Assembly (NCBI GenBank): GCA_050949525.1
Contig: JBMNFW010000001.1
Coordinates: forward strand, 591,890-655,889
Length of the DNA stretch: 64,000 bases
Source of the DNA: Patescibacteria group bacterium
Lineage (GTDB): Bacteria > Patescibacteriota > Patescibacteriia > Patescibacteriales > UBA12465
Direction: 5' to 3'
In this document: in pieces, positions 51,457 to 60,600 of the stretch
Position numbering within the stretch: position 1 is the first letter of the stretch
How the letters are laid out: every line of letters starts with the position of its first letter
Translations under genes and position numbers: made by a program
The notes under the pieces: generated by a model
The model's input: only the letters and a program-made list of their open reading frames with translations
Databases searched by the model: none
Told to the model about the DNA's origin: nothing

Positions 51457-54204
51457 TTAAGCAGAACCTCTTCTTAAAAAGTCCATAACTGATCTAGTTA
51501 TAGCTTGATGACTAGTACTAGTATCAAGCTGCATTTTTCTAAGCATGCCATTAAGACCTTCTCTAAACTTTTCCTGATCATTACTAGCAGCTAGATTCTG
51601 AAGTCTTTGTATTCTACCAGTATCAGCAAAGAAAGAGCGTAAACTTTCTAAACCTTTAACAGAACTAGTTAATTTTCTTAGCTCTGATTCCTTGATTCCA
51701 GATAAATATCTTTCTTTTTCCGAATTATCATCAAAAGCATCTAAGCTACCATCAAGACCGGCTAAGGCTACTCGAACACCAAAATTTTCTGAAGAAGCTG
51801 GTAAATTCTTTAAAGCTAATTCAATCTTTTGCTGTTGACCACGAGTCTGTTTATCATGCATCGATGAAAATTGAGTTGGACTTAAAACTTCAGCCAATTT
51901 AGGCATAAGTAAATCTAAAGACGCTTGATCTGTAATATTTTCTAATTTAATGGTTCCATTAACAATACCTCTAATAATCTTATTCTGAGCTTGGTTATGT
52001 TTATACTCTCGAGATCTTCTTTGTTCATCACTTTCATGATCTGATGATGGCTCAGCGGTTTGTTGCATTTCAACAAAATTTTGAGATAAATTTTGATAAT
52101 TACCAATCAAGGCTGAATCTAATTGTTCCATAACTCCCTGGTTTCTGCCATAAGACTTAGAAATATCATCTCGCTTAATTTTAGCTTCATGCTCCGATAA
52201 TCCACCTCTTTCCAAAAGCATTAAAGTAGCAGCGGTTCGTCTAGCTCGATTACCAATTGAATTATTATCCATCTCCTTCCTAAGCTCATCATCATCAAAA
52301 TTCTTCATCTCATCTTTATATTTAGAAACAGTAGCTGATCGTTGATCACGAGCTGCTCTCATATCCTCTCTACCAGAACGATTAATTTTATTAGCTAATC
52401 CAAAAGGAAGAATTATAGCAGAAGTTATAGAGAAAGCTTTGTCTACATTTTTAGCTTTATCTATTCGACTAGCTAAATTTTTTTCTTTTCCTTCTATACC
52501 AGCATCCATGATACTTATTCTATTATCCATATTCTCTTTTGCCCTATTCATATCAATATCATCAAAAGACCCTAATTCAGATCCGGTTAATTCATTATAT
52601 CTACTTAAAACATCTGCTTTTTGTTGATCAATAGCATACTTTTCATCTACTTCCCGTAAACCTTGATCAGCTTCATTTTTAATTTGATCCATTTCTTTTT
52701 GATATTCTATAGTATCAATATCTCCATCTTTCCATTGTTGCACTAATCCTTTCATATCCTCATCCCTCTTATTAATTATCTCCTGTTGTTCTTGTTGTTT
52801 ATTTTCCTCTTGTTCTAAAATTACACTAATTGTCCCTTCTAGTTCACCTAATTCTAATCTCTGATTTTCTAAATTCTCTTTTTCAGCCTGATCCATAGCA
52901 ATATCCTCTCTAGCTTTATCAATATTTTTCTGTGAAGAACTACCTTTAACTTTTTCTTTAGCCCACTGAAGAGGTTGAGTAAGTGTTGTTTTTAGTGCTC
53001 CAACACCTGTTTGAATTACGCCAGCATCTCTTTGGGCTGTAGCTTGTCTCTCTGATTCTTTTTTAGCTTTGTAAGCTTTAACAGCATTTTGAGCTCTTTC
53101 AATACCAGTAACTCTCTTAGCCCCCCTTTGAACCCCTTTCACAGCTCCAGCTCCCATTGATTGAAGTTTAGCCATACCTTTTCCAGCAATCTTTCCGGCC
53201 ATTCCTCCCATCTCTTGAGCAATCATTAATCCCCCCACTAACATTCCGATAGAAACTAAAAACTTTATCATATGCTCAAAACTTCCAGCTGTAGTTATAG
53301 TCGCACTAACATCAGAACTATTTACATCAACTCCAGCTACTGCAGGGCCCATCTTTTCCATTTCAGCAGAACCCTCAACTCCACCTAAAGAAGCAAAAGA
53401 AAGCCATAAAAAGAAAGCTATTATTGGTCCCACTATTACATTTTTCGAAAAATCACTCCACCATCTCTCAGAATATTTCTTACCTTGAGGAAAAGAGGCT
53501 AATAAATAAGCTAGGGGAGATAAAACAATATATATCCAAATCATTACCATTCGAACAATTATCATCATTAACATTACTACTATTACTACTACAGCAACTA
53601 TCATCATTATAACACCTAAAATGACAGAACTTAAAATAGTCCAACCACTTACCTCTATACCCTCAACTTCACTTTCATTAAATTCTAAAATTTTAGAAAC
53701 TCCAAGCAACTCAATCATAGTACCTCCGGTTATTTCCTTAACAGCACCAATAAAAGTTAACATAATGACTTGAGCAAAATCAATAATAACCCCACAAATC
53801 AATTTAGAAAAATTAATCAAAATGGCCATGATGACTAATTTAGGCAACCAAGTTTTTAGATTATAACTCTCTACTCTTAATATAGTAGCAAAAGCGATTA
53901 CTAATAATATCAAAACAAAAAACATGTTAGCGAAATCCCTAACTATAGTCCAACCATAAGTAACTGCTGCAGACTTAATAAAGTCATTATACTGAGCAAT
54001 TGCAATTAATATACTTAAAAATAAGGAAACTAATTTTCCCAATAGCCAAATAACAGGAAGAAGTATCCAAGCAATAAGTTTAGCTATACTATTTCCTATC
54101 CCAGCTTGTGCTAAATTCGGAAAAAATAAAAAAACAACAGACCCTAAAATTATACAAGAAAAAAATATGATACTATTTTTATTCTTTTTAAAAAATATTT
54201 TCAT
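51457..54204 (-). CDS. TrbL/VirB6-like polytopic membrane protein with a ~570-aa coiled-coil/charged C-terminal extension
   Basis: About 8-9 TM helices in the first ~340 aa, including IVLSPLAYLLASFPQGKKYSERWWSDF. The rest is hydrophilic and rich in Gln/Glu/Lys. Confidence 0.55.
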   Translation of the reverse strand: MKIFFKKNKNSIIFFSCIILGSVVFLFFPNLAQAGIGNSIAKLIAWILLPVIWLLGKLVSLFLSILIAIAQYNDFIKSAAVTYGWTIVRDFANMFFVLILLVIAFATILRVESYNLKTWLPKLVIMAILINFSKLICGVIIDFAQVIMLTFIGAVKEITGGTMIELLGVSKILEFNESEVEGIEVSGWTILSSVILGVIMMIVAVVVIVVMLMMIIVRMVMIWIYIVLSPLAYLLASFPQGKKYSERWWSDFSKNVIVGPIIAFFLWLSFASLGGVEGSAEMEKMGPAVAGVDVNSSDVSATITTAGSFEHMIKFLVSIGMLVGGLMIAQEMGGMAGKIAGKGMAKLQSMGAGAVKGVQRGAKRVTGIERAQNAVKAYKAKKESERQATAQRDAGVIQTGVGALKTTLTQPLQWAKEKVKGSSSQKNIDKAREDIAMDQAEKENLENQRLELGELEGTISVILEQEENKQQEQQEIINKRDEDMKGLVQQWKDGDIDTIEYQKEMDQIKNEADQGLREVDEKYAIDQQKADVLSRYNELTGSELGSFDDIDMNRAKENMDNRISIMDAGIEGKEKNLASRIDKAKNVDKAFSITSAIILPFGLANKINRSGREDMRAARDQRSATVSKYKDEMKNFDDDELRKEMDNNSIGNRARRTAATLMLLERGGLSEHEAKIKRDDISKSYGRNQGVMEQLDSALIGNYQNLSQNFVEMQQTAEPSSDHESDEQRRSREYKHNQAQNKIIRGIVNGTIKLENITDQASLDLLMPKLAEVLSPTQFSSMHDKQTRGQQQKIELALKNLPASSENFGVRVALAGLDGSLDAFDDNSEKERYLSGIKESELRKLTSSVKGLESLRSFFADTGRIQRLQNLAASNDQEKFREGLNGMLRKMQLDTSTSHQAITRSVMDFLRRGSA

Positions 54205-54215
54205 AATTATTCGAA

Positions 54216-55157
54216 TTAAAATAAATCAAAAACTATTTTAAATCCTTCAAATATCAGTTTAAAAATTCCAAATGGCTCTAAAAACAACTTCCAGATAACT
54301 GTAATTGTTATAGTTAATATCGGATAAATAACTATACTTATAATAAAACAAGTACACCCAACTAACGACTTTTCTATGCAACCGATCTTCTTCCCAATTT
54401 CTTTAGCTTTTTCAGGTGAAGCCTTACTAATTTCCTCCGGAACCCATTCTTGACCAAGATCACAAAATAACTTAGGAAAAACTTGAGACCAAAACCAATG
54501 AGCATATATATACAACAGGGTTAAACCAAAACTATCAATTATATTTTGCCAAGCAGTTTTTAAAAGCTTTTTTAAAGATTTAGCCATACCACTAGTGCCC
54601 TTATCTGACTCCTGACTAATACCGCCTTTAACTTTACCAGCGTCTTTATTCTTATCTTTCTTTTTATTAACTTGTAATTCAGCTTCTTTTTTACTTTCTG
54701 AATCATCACTAGCTGATTCTTTTTCAGTCTCATCTTCTTTATCCTTATTCTTTTTATTTTCTGAATCATCACTAGCTGATTCTTTTTCAGCCTCATCTTC
54801 TTTATCCTTATTCTGAGTAGGTTCATTCCCAAAACTCTTATCATCTCCTGTCTCCTCTCCAGAACTATCACTTCTCGCTTCCTTATCCTTAGTCTTTTTA
54901 TTTTCTGAATCATCACTAGCTGATTCTTTTTCAGCCTCATCTTCTTTATCCTTATTCTCACCTTCTAAACCTCCTTCTTCATCTTCTTCAAAATTACCAC
55001 CACTCTCATCTCGAGAAACTTTTTTATCTCGAGCTAAGCTACTGGCTAATAAAGCTTCCGACTGATCCTTAATTTTTTTCTTTACCTCCTCAATAACATC
55101 CTCTCCTAATTCATCGTCTACTTTTTCCTCAATTTTATCAAGTTCTTCAGTTAACAT
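54216..55157 (-). CDS. Hypothetical protein: acidic repeat-containing N-terminal half, C-terminal hydrophobic hairpins
   Basis: Three copies of NKDKEDE(A/T)EKESASDDSE(N/S)KK. C-terminal TM segments (FGLTLLYIYAHWFWSQVF; CTCFIISIVIYPILTITITVIW). It is the first gene of the operon. Confidence 0.55.
   Translation of the reverse strand: MLTEELDKIEEKVDDELGEDVIEEVKKKIKDQSEALLASSLARDKKVSRDESGGNFEEDEEGGLEGENKDKEDEAEKESASDDSENKKTKDKEARSDSSGEETGDDKSFGNEPTQNKDKEDEAEKESASDDSENKKNKDKEDETEKESASDDSESKKEAELQVNKKKDKNKDAGKVKGGISQESDKGTSGMAKSLKKLLKTAWQNIIDSFGLTLLYIYAHWFWSQVFPKLFCDLGQEWVPEEISKASPEKAKEIGKKIGCIEKSLVGCTCFIISIVIYPILTITITVIWKLFLEPFGIFKLIFEGFKIVFDLF
54687..54956 (-). repeat. 63-bp in-frame coding repeats (3 copies)
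   Basis: Copies lie at 54894..54956, 54750..54812 and 54687..54749; the last two are tandem. Each encodes a 21-aa acidic unit. Confidence 0.85.
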
Positions 55158-55209
55158 AGAAGCAAAAAATAATTCTTAAACTTAAAAATTTCTTAATCTT
55201 TATATAATT

Positions 55210-55238
55210 ATTATACAATAAAAAAAATACTTTGACAA
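55210..55238 (-). promoter_or_regulatory. Candidate promoter of the T4SS-like operon
   Basis: On the minus strand: TTGTCA (plus-strand 55233..55238), 17-nt spacer, TATAAT (55210..55215), 53 nt upstream of the ATG at 55157. Confidence 0.45.
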
Positions 55239-55290
55239 ATAAAAAAATACTAAAAAATTAAAATTAAAAATAGAATCCATTAACCAACTA

Positions 55291-56376
55291 TGAATAAGTT
55301 CAGATACATTTTGGAAAATAAAAAGCCCAAAATGTATGCAGATAAAGTTTAAGTACTATAATTGTCCCGGATTTGGTACATTATATAATGATGCAATTAA
55401 GCAAAAATATATGATTACCAAAGAAGCTAGACAAAGACTCAAAATATTAGAATTTTGGAAGCAATATGGCCTTCAAGCCACTACTGATGCCTTTGGGGTT
55501 AAAAAATCTACCCTATATAATTGGCAAAAAATATTTAGAGAAGGGGGTGGCAAGATAGAAGCTCTCAATCCTAAATCCCAAGCTAGGATTAACAAGAATA
55601 AAAGAGAAATACATCCTCTGATATTAAAAGAGATTAGACGTTTAAGACTAGAGATTTGTCCTAATATGGATAAAACTAAAGTTAAAAAATTTTTAGATAA
55701 ATTTTGTGAAATTAATAATTTACCAATATACTCAGAATCAAAGATAGGTAGAATTATTAAAGATAAAGATATATATCATCATAGACAGAAAATATCTCAT
55801 TTTGGTAAGATTAAAAAAATTAAAAAAACTAAAAAGAAAAGAAAACCTAAGGAATTACAAGTAAATAATCCTGGGGATTTAATAGAGATAGATACTGTTG
55901 TTAGATTTCACAATGGATTAAAGAGATATATTATTACCGCTGTTGATACTTTTAGCCGAACAGCTTTCGCTTATGCCTATAACAGAATTAGTAGCTCTAA
56001 TGCTAAAGATTTTTTTAAAAAATTAGAAGAAGTCATGCCCTTTAATATTAAGGCTGTTCAGACTGATAATGGTTTAGAATTCCATCTCTATTTTAAAAAA
56101 TACTTAGAAGAGAGAAAAATTGAGCATTATTTCAATTATCCAGGTAGACCATACAAACAGGGTCATATTGAGAAGTTTAATAGGACTATTCAAGAAGAAT
56201 TCATTGATTGGAGTGGTGAAAAATACTTTGATAATTTAGATGATTTTAATAATTTGTTAATTGATTGGCTTCTTTGGTATAATACCGATAGACCACATTG
56301 GAGCCTTGAATTAGTATCTCCGATGAATTATTTGGTTAATAATAATTTTTTTTCCAAAATGACGTGGACTAATACA
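55291..56376 (+). mobile_element. IS481-family-like insertion sequence, copy 2
   Basis: Same 1086-bp element as 20781..21866, in the same orientation. It is flanked by a 5-bp direct repeat AACTA (55286..55290 and 56377..56381). Confidence 0.85.
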
Positions 56377-56385
56377 AACTATTGA
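55336..56385 (+). CDS. IS transposase (HTH + DDE/rve), copy 2
   Basis: Identical to copy 1 except G->D at the residue encoded at 55669..55671 and a different C-terminal tail. The TGA stop (56383..56385) lies in flanking DNA. Confidence 0.85.
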   Translation: MQIKFKYYNCPGFGTLYNDAIKQKYMITKEARQRLKILEFWKQYGLQATTDAFGVKKSTLYNWQKIFREGGGKIEALNPKSQARINKNKREIHPLILKEIRRLRLEICPNMDKTKVKKFLDKFCEINNLPIYSESKIGRIIKDKDIYHHRQKISHFGKIKKIKKTKKKRKPKELQVNNPGDLIEIDTVVRFHNGLKRYIITAVDTFSRTAFAYAYNRISSSNAKDFFKKLEEVMPFNIKAVQTDNGLEFHLYFKKYLEERKIEHYFNYPGRPYKQGHIEKFNRTIQEEFIDWSGEKYFDNLDDFNNLLIDWLLWYNTDRPHWSLELVSPMNYLVNNNFFSKMTWTNTNY

Positions 56386-56438
56386 CAAAGTTTTATTATT
56401 ATTATAATCTAATATTAGAACTTTAAAAATTTAATATC

Positions 56439-57635
56439 ATGAAAAAAATAGTTTATTTATTCGCATTATTAACTTTGACCTTAGGCTTAGAAGGTCAAAA
56501 TTTTCACTTTGAAAAAGTGGCTACCCTTGAAGAAGAGGTATTTATAAAGTTATACGTATTTAATACTCAAGCATTTGCTTCAACATACGAAACATTTTAT
56601 TTTTACAATGGAGAATCATTTGAACAACTCCCCTATTTTATTGATACTAAAACCGTATCAGGATTTGAAAAAAATGATGGAAGTATTTTTGCTGCTGGTC
56701 TTCGAGGCAATTATATTTATTTATGGCAACCTGAAATTAAGCAATGGCAAAAAGTATTTGAAAGTGAAAATCAATGTTTTCAGAAAACATTTGTTTTAAA
56801 CGAAGATAGTATTTATCTTTGTGGCTATGACGAAAATTATAATCAAAATGGCTATATTTACCTATTCAATCCTAAAAACAAAGTTCTTAAAACAATTATT
56901 CAGTTTAATAACCAAAGCTATTCTACTGGTTTTATGGAAGCAAAAAATCATAATAATATCTTTCTCTATTTCGGTAGTAATCAAAAAAAATTATGGCAGA
57001 AATATAATGGAGAAAATATAGAAACTTTGTATACTTTTGAAAATGAGATTCATTATTATGAAATAAAATCCTCTCCTGACACTTCAACTTTCTTTTTTTT
57101 GTCTTTTTCCAGAGAAATGATGTATTACTGGAAAGAAAATGAGCAAAAAATGGACTCTATTGACTTAGAAATTTATATTAAAAGTTTTTTTCCTTTAGAT
57201 AATGAAAATTTAATGATATTTTCATCAGAAGGAGCTTATACTTTTAATATTAAAAACAAAACTCCGCATAAAATTACTGGAACTGAGTATCTCGGAATGG
57301 ATCTCCAATCTGGTTATACTGGAAAAGGAAATGCTTTCTTAATTAGCAAAAAAAACTTTTACAAAATAACTATTGTTGGATCAAGTAATCAATTTAAAGA
57401 AATAGATAATATTTCTTTTTATCCTAATCCAGTAAATAATATTTTATGGATAGACTGCCCAATAGAAGGAGAAAAAAATATAAAAATAATTGATTTAAAA
57501 GGTCAAATATTAACAGAAAGATTTTTTAATTCTAACAATTTGAATCTTAATACATCTGATCTAAGCCCAGGTGTATATATAGTTCAAATTAAGAGCATAA
57601 AAGGAATAACTAATCAGAAATTAATAAAAAACTAA
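56439..57635 (+). CDS. Secreted protein with a T9SS-type (Por secretion system) C-terminal sorting domain
   Basis: Signal peptide MKKIVYLFALLTLTLGLEG. The C-terminal ~75 aa, ISFYPNPVNNILWIDCP...IKIIDLKGQILTERFF...LNTSDLSPGVYIVQIKSIKGITNQKLIKN, match the Bacteroidota Por_Secre_tail pattern. The body is Tyr/Asn/Phe-rich and may be a beta-propeller. Confidence 0.7.
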   Translation: MKKIVYLFALLTLTLGLEGQNFHFEKVATLEEEVFIKLYVFNTQAFASTYETFYFYNGESFEQLPYFIDTKTVSGFEKNDGSIFAAGLRGNYIYLWQPEIKQWQKVFESENQCFQKTFVLNEDSIYLCGYDENYNQNGYIYLFNPKNKVLKTIIQFNNQSYSTGFMEAKNHNNIFLYFGSNQKKLWQKYNGENIETLYTFENEIHYYEIKSSPDTSTFFFLSFSREMMYYWKENEQKMDSIDLEIYIKSFFPLDNENLMIFSSEGAYTFNIKNKTPHKITGTEYLGMDLQSGYTGKGNAFLISKKNFYKITIVGSSNQFKEIDNISFYPNPVNNILWIDCPIEGEKNIKIIDLKGQILTERFFNSNNLNLNTSDLSPGVYIVQIKSIKGITNQKLIKN

Positions 57636-57647
57636 TATTCCTAAACT

Positions 57648-57674
57648 AAATCCCATCATAAGATGGGATTTTTT
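57648..57674. terminator. Bidirectional hairpin terminator
   Basis: 10-bp stem AAATCCCATC / GATGGGATTT with loop ATAA, then a T-run. It lies between convergent genes. Confidence 0.65.
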
Positions 57675-57689
57675 AGATTCAAGGCTTAA

Positions 57690-60600
57690 TTAAAGCAAAC
57701 AATTTTTACAACTATTACTAAAGTTATTAGGGTCTAAGTTTTCTTCAAAATTATTACGACAAATATCACATTCTACATTATTATTATTTATCTTACCCAT
57801 CCCACTATCATAATATTTATAAAATCCCCAATTATCTACCACCTTAATAAGAACTATATATTTACCCTTAGATAGTTGTAAAGAATAATTATGAGGAGAG
57901 TTAATATCTGATAAACTATCAATATTCACGGGCATATATGATCCAACAAGGTTAAATTTATCATCATCAACTCTTACAACCCTGATAATTAATTTTTTAA
58001 TTGGGGTTTGATTTTTGTTAATCTCAGTATTCAATGTTACAGTATAAATTCCAGAATTTTTAATATCATAAATACCACTAGTTGATACAACGGCACTTCC
58101 TTGATCATCTATTATATTTACACGAGAGACTTGAGGAAGCTGAGCTTTAAACTCAATCTTACCCGGTAAATAATCACCCGAAGGAACATTATTATTAGCA
58201 GACACACCTTCTAAATATGATCCCATATTTGGAGACCCTTGATCTGAAATACTTAATATTCCATCACCATTATTATAAGCAAAGCTATAAAAATACTTAT
58301 TATTCGTGCCACTAATTTCATCTCTAGCAATCCTCATTTCTATCCAAATATTCTTTAATCGATTTACAATTACTCTCCAATACCAGTTCTTTTCATCTAT
58401 TGATGCATTTGGATAGTAATAGTCACCGTCAACAGTAATCAAACCAGAATAACTATTTCCAAAATGATTCAAATTTAAAAGATCAGTTCTTTTTATAACA
58501 TCTTTATCTCCTGAAATATCTGCGGCACTTATTGTGGCATTAGCATATCCTAAAACCCTAATTTTATTATTATTATCAAGATAAAGTAATGAACAAGGAG
58601 AAACATTTAACAATTTATCACTTCTTGAAAAGGTTCTTCCATGACCATAACATGATAACGGTAATCCATATCTACCATTACTAAATACTGACCCACCTTC
58701 CCCAGCATAAACTTTTACCGAAGAGTCTAAATTACCACTACTTTCATTAATAGCTCCAAAAGGAGGATGTGAACTTCCGAGCACATACTTACTAAAAACA
58801 TTATCAGTATTAGGTTCATCAAAAAATTTGACAAGACTATGTGGTGAATTACTAACTCTATCAACCCAAGGAGTAATACCCTGAACTATCTTAGTACATT
58901 TAGGAACATATTTACCTAAATCCATTAAACATCCATGTTGTTCACTATTATTTATTGGTACCCATTGTCCACCAATTTCCGAATTACTACATTCTTCAGA
59001 AGTATAATCATAAGCTAATAATTTTATTTTTTTCTCTACATAATTACTATTTTCTGTTGGATGTTTTTTATTTAATAAATTTCCATCATATTTATACCAT
59101 CCGGCACTAGTTGTTATAAGAACCCTTTTATCGGTGTCTCTTTTTTCATAATAATAACTTTTTTCTCCTTTATTATTATCATAAACATGAGCCCTTACAG
59201 CATATTGAGTTGTTCCATCAACACCTTCATCAAAAACTCCTTTCCTCCCTTCAGTACAAGCATTGCTATCATCATCAAAATAACAACACTTTAATCCATC
59301 ACAATCTCCATCATATGCGTATGGTAAACAAGCTTTACCTGGTCCTTCTTGTGTTAAATAGTCTAAAATACTAAGCTTATTTGATGAACTAGCTATTATT
59401 AAATCATCATTCTTTCTAGGAGCACAAACAGAAATCATTGTGTATGCAAAACCAGTACCACCATATTTAACTCCAGTCTCTGGAGTAAAAGTATTTTCGC
59501 CAAACGCATCATCATTATTACATTTTCCCTTTTTCGGAGATCTAGTAGCATATACAATTGCATAATATTTTTTTTCTTCATCACAAAATCTTCCATCTAT
59601 TACTCCTAAATCCATCAAACACTCTTCTAGCCACGGATAATCTACATGATCTACTAAAACTAAATAATTAGCTGCAGAAACCCCCTTATAAAGACTTCCG
59701 GATCTTCTCATAAAAGTATAAACTTGAGGACCAGACTCTGCAGTAGAAGTACATTTAGTCTTTCCATTCTCATCATAATATGTTTTAAATTTCACACCAA
59801 AAAGATTATCAAGCTCATTAAATGGAAACTCAATTATAGCATCTCTTTTTCTTAAAATATTATCAAACACAAACCCTTTTCCAACCCAACCTATAAATCT
59901 ATTACTGGATACTCCCCTCATAACTCCATCATAGTATACATCTCGATACTCCACCAAATCAAAATTAGCACTCATTGTAGCACAATAAAAAGGTTGAGCT
60001 CCACTCTCTGGATAACCAGTAAAAGCAGTGCTAGCTCCGGATGAACCCTTAGAACCACTAACAGCATCAATTGGATACCATAATAGACAAACATCAGGAT
60101 TTCGTGGATCTTTCTCTAAACAATAACCATACCAACCATTTTGAATAACATTCCTATTAGATGACTCACAAATTAAACTATCCTGACTTGGGAAAAGACG
60201 ACAAGTAGCTTGAACATATTTATTATCACTAATCTCTAAAATTGGCTCAATTACTATTTTATCAACATAGAAAACTCCCCCTGAACTAGATCTAAAAACA
60301 ATATCAGCTTCTCCATTCCAATCTACTTCACTTTTAAATTTTAAACTATAATCTTTCCAATTACTTTCTTTACCAATCTCAATTCTAAAATTACTATTAT
60401 CCGATGCTCCTTTTTTTCCTACTATAACCTCAACTTTTTCATTAAACCCTATTTCACTAGTATTCATCATAAAGCTAAGATAATATTCACCGGTTCCGGC
60501 AATATTTTCAGTTTTCTTAACACCATTATTATTTCCATTAGTACAAGGATTTTTACCCAGTTTCAAAAAGCCTAAATTATGAGCTGGATAAGTAACTTTA

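Noticed and set aside
54687-54956. Possible CRISPR-like or regulatory repeat array
   Set aside because: The repeats are in frame inside a CDS. Two are directly tandem with no spacers, and there are no cas genes nearby. They are coding repeats.
54572-54961. 129-aa ORF rich in Arg/Ile/Lys (MRIRIKKMRLKK...)
   Set aside because: It is an alternative frame of the acidic-repeat gene on the same strand. Its repetitiveness simply mirrors the 63-bp coding repeats.
21867-55290. The two IS copies as a 34.5-kb composite transposon
   Set aside because: The interior carries single-copy core genes (tRNAs, rpsT/O/P, pnp, infB, clpB, radA). Only copy 2 has a matching target duplication and the outer flanks do not match each other. 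The copies are independent insertions in a core region.
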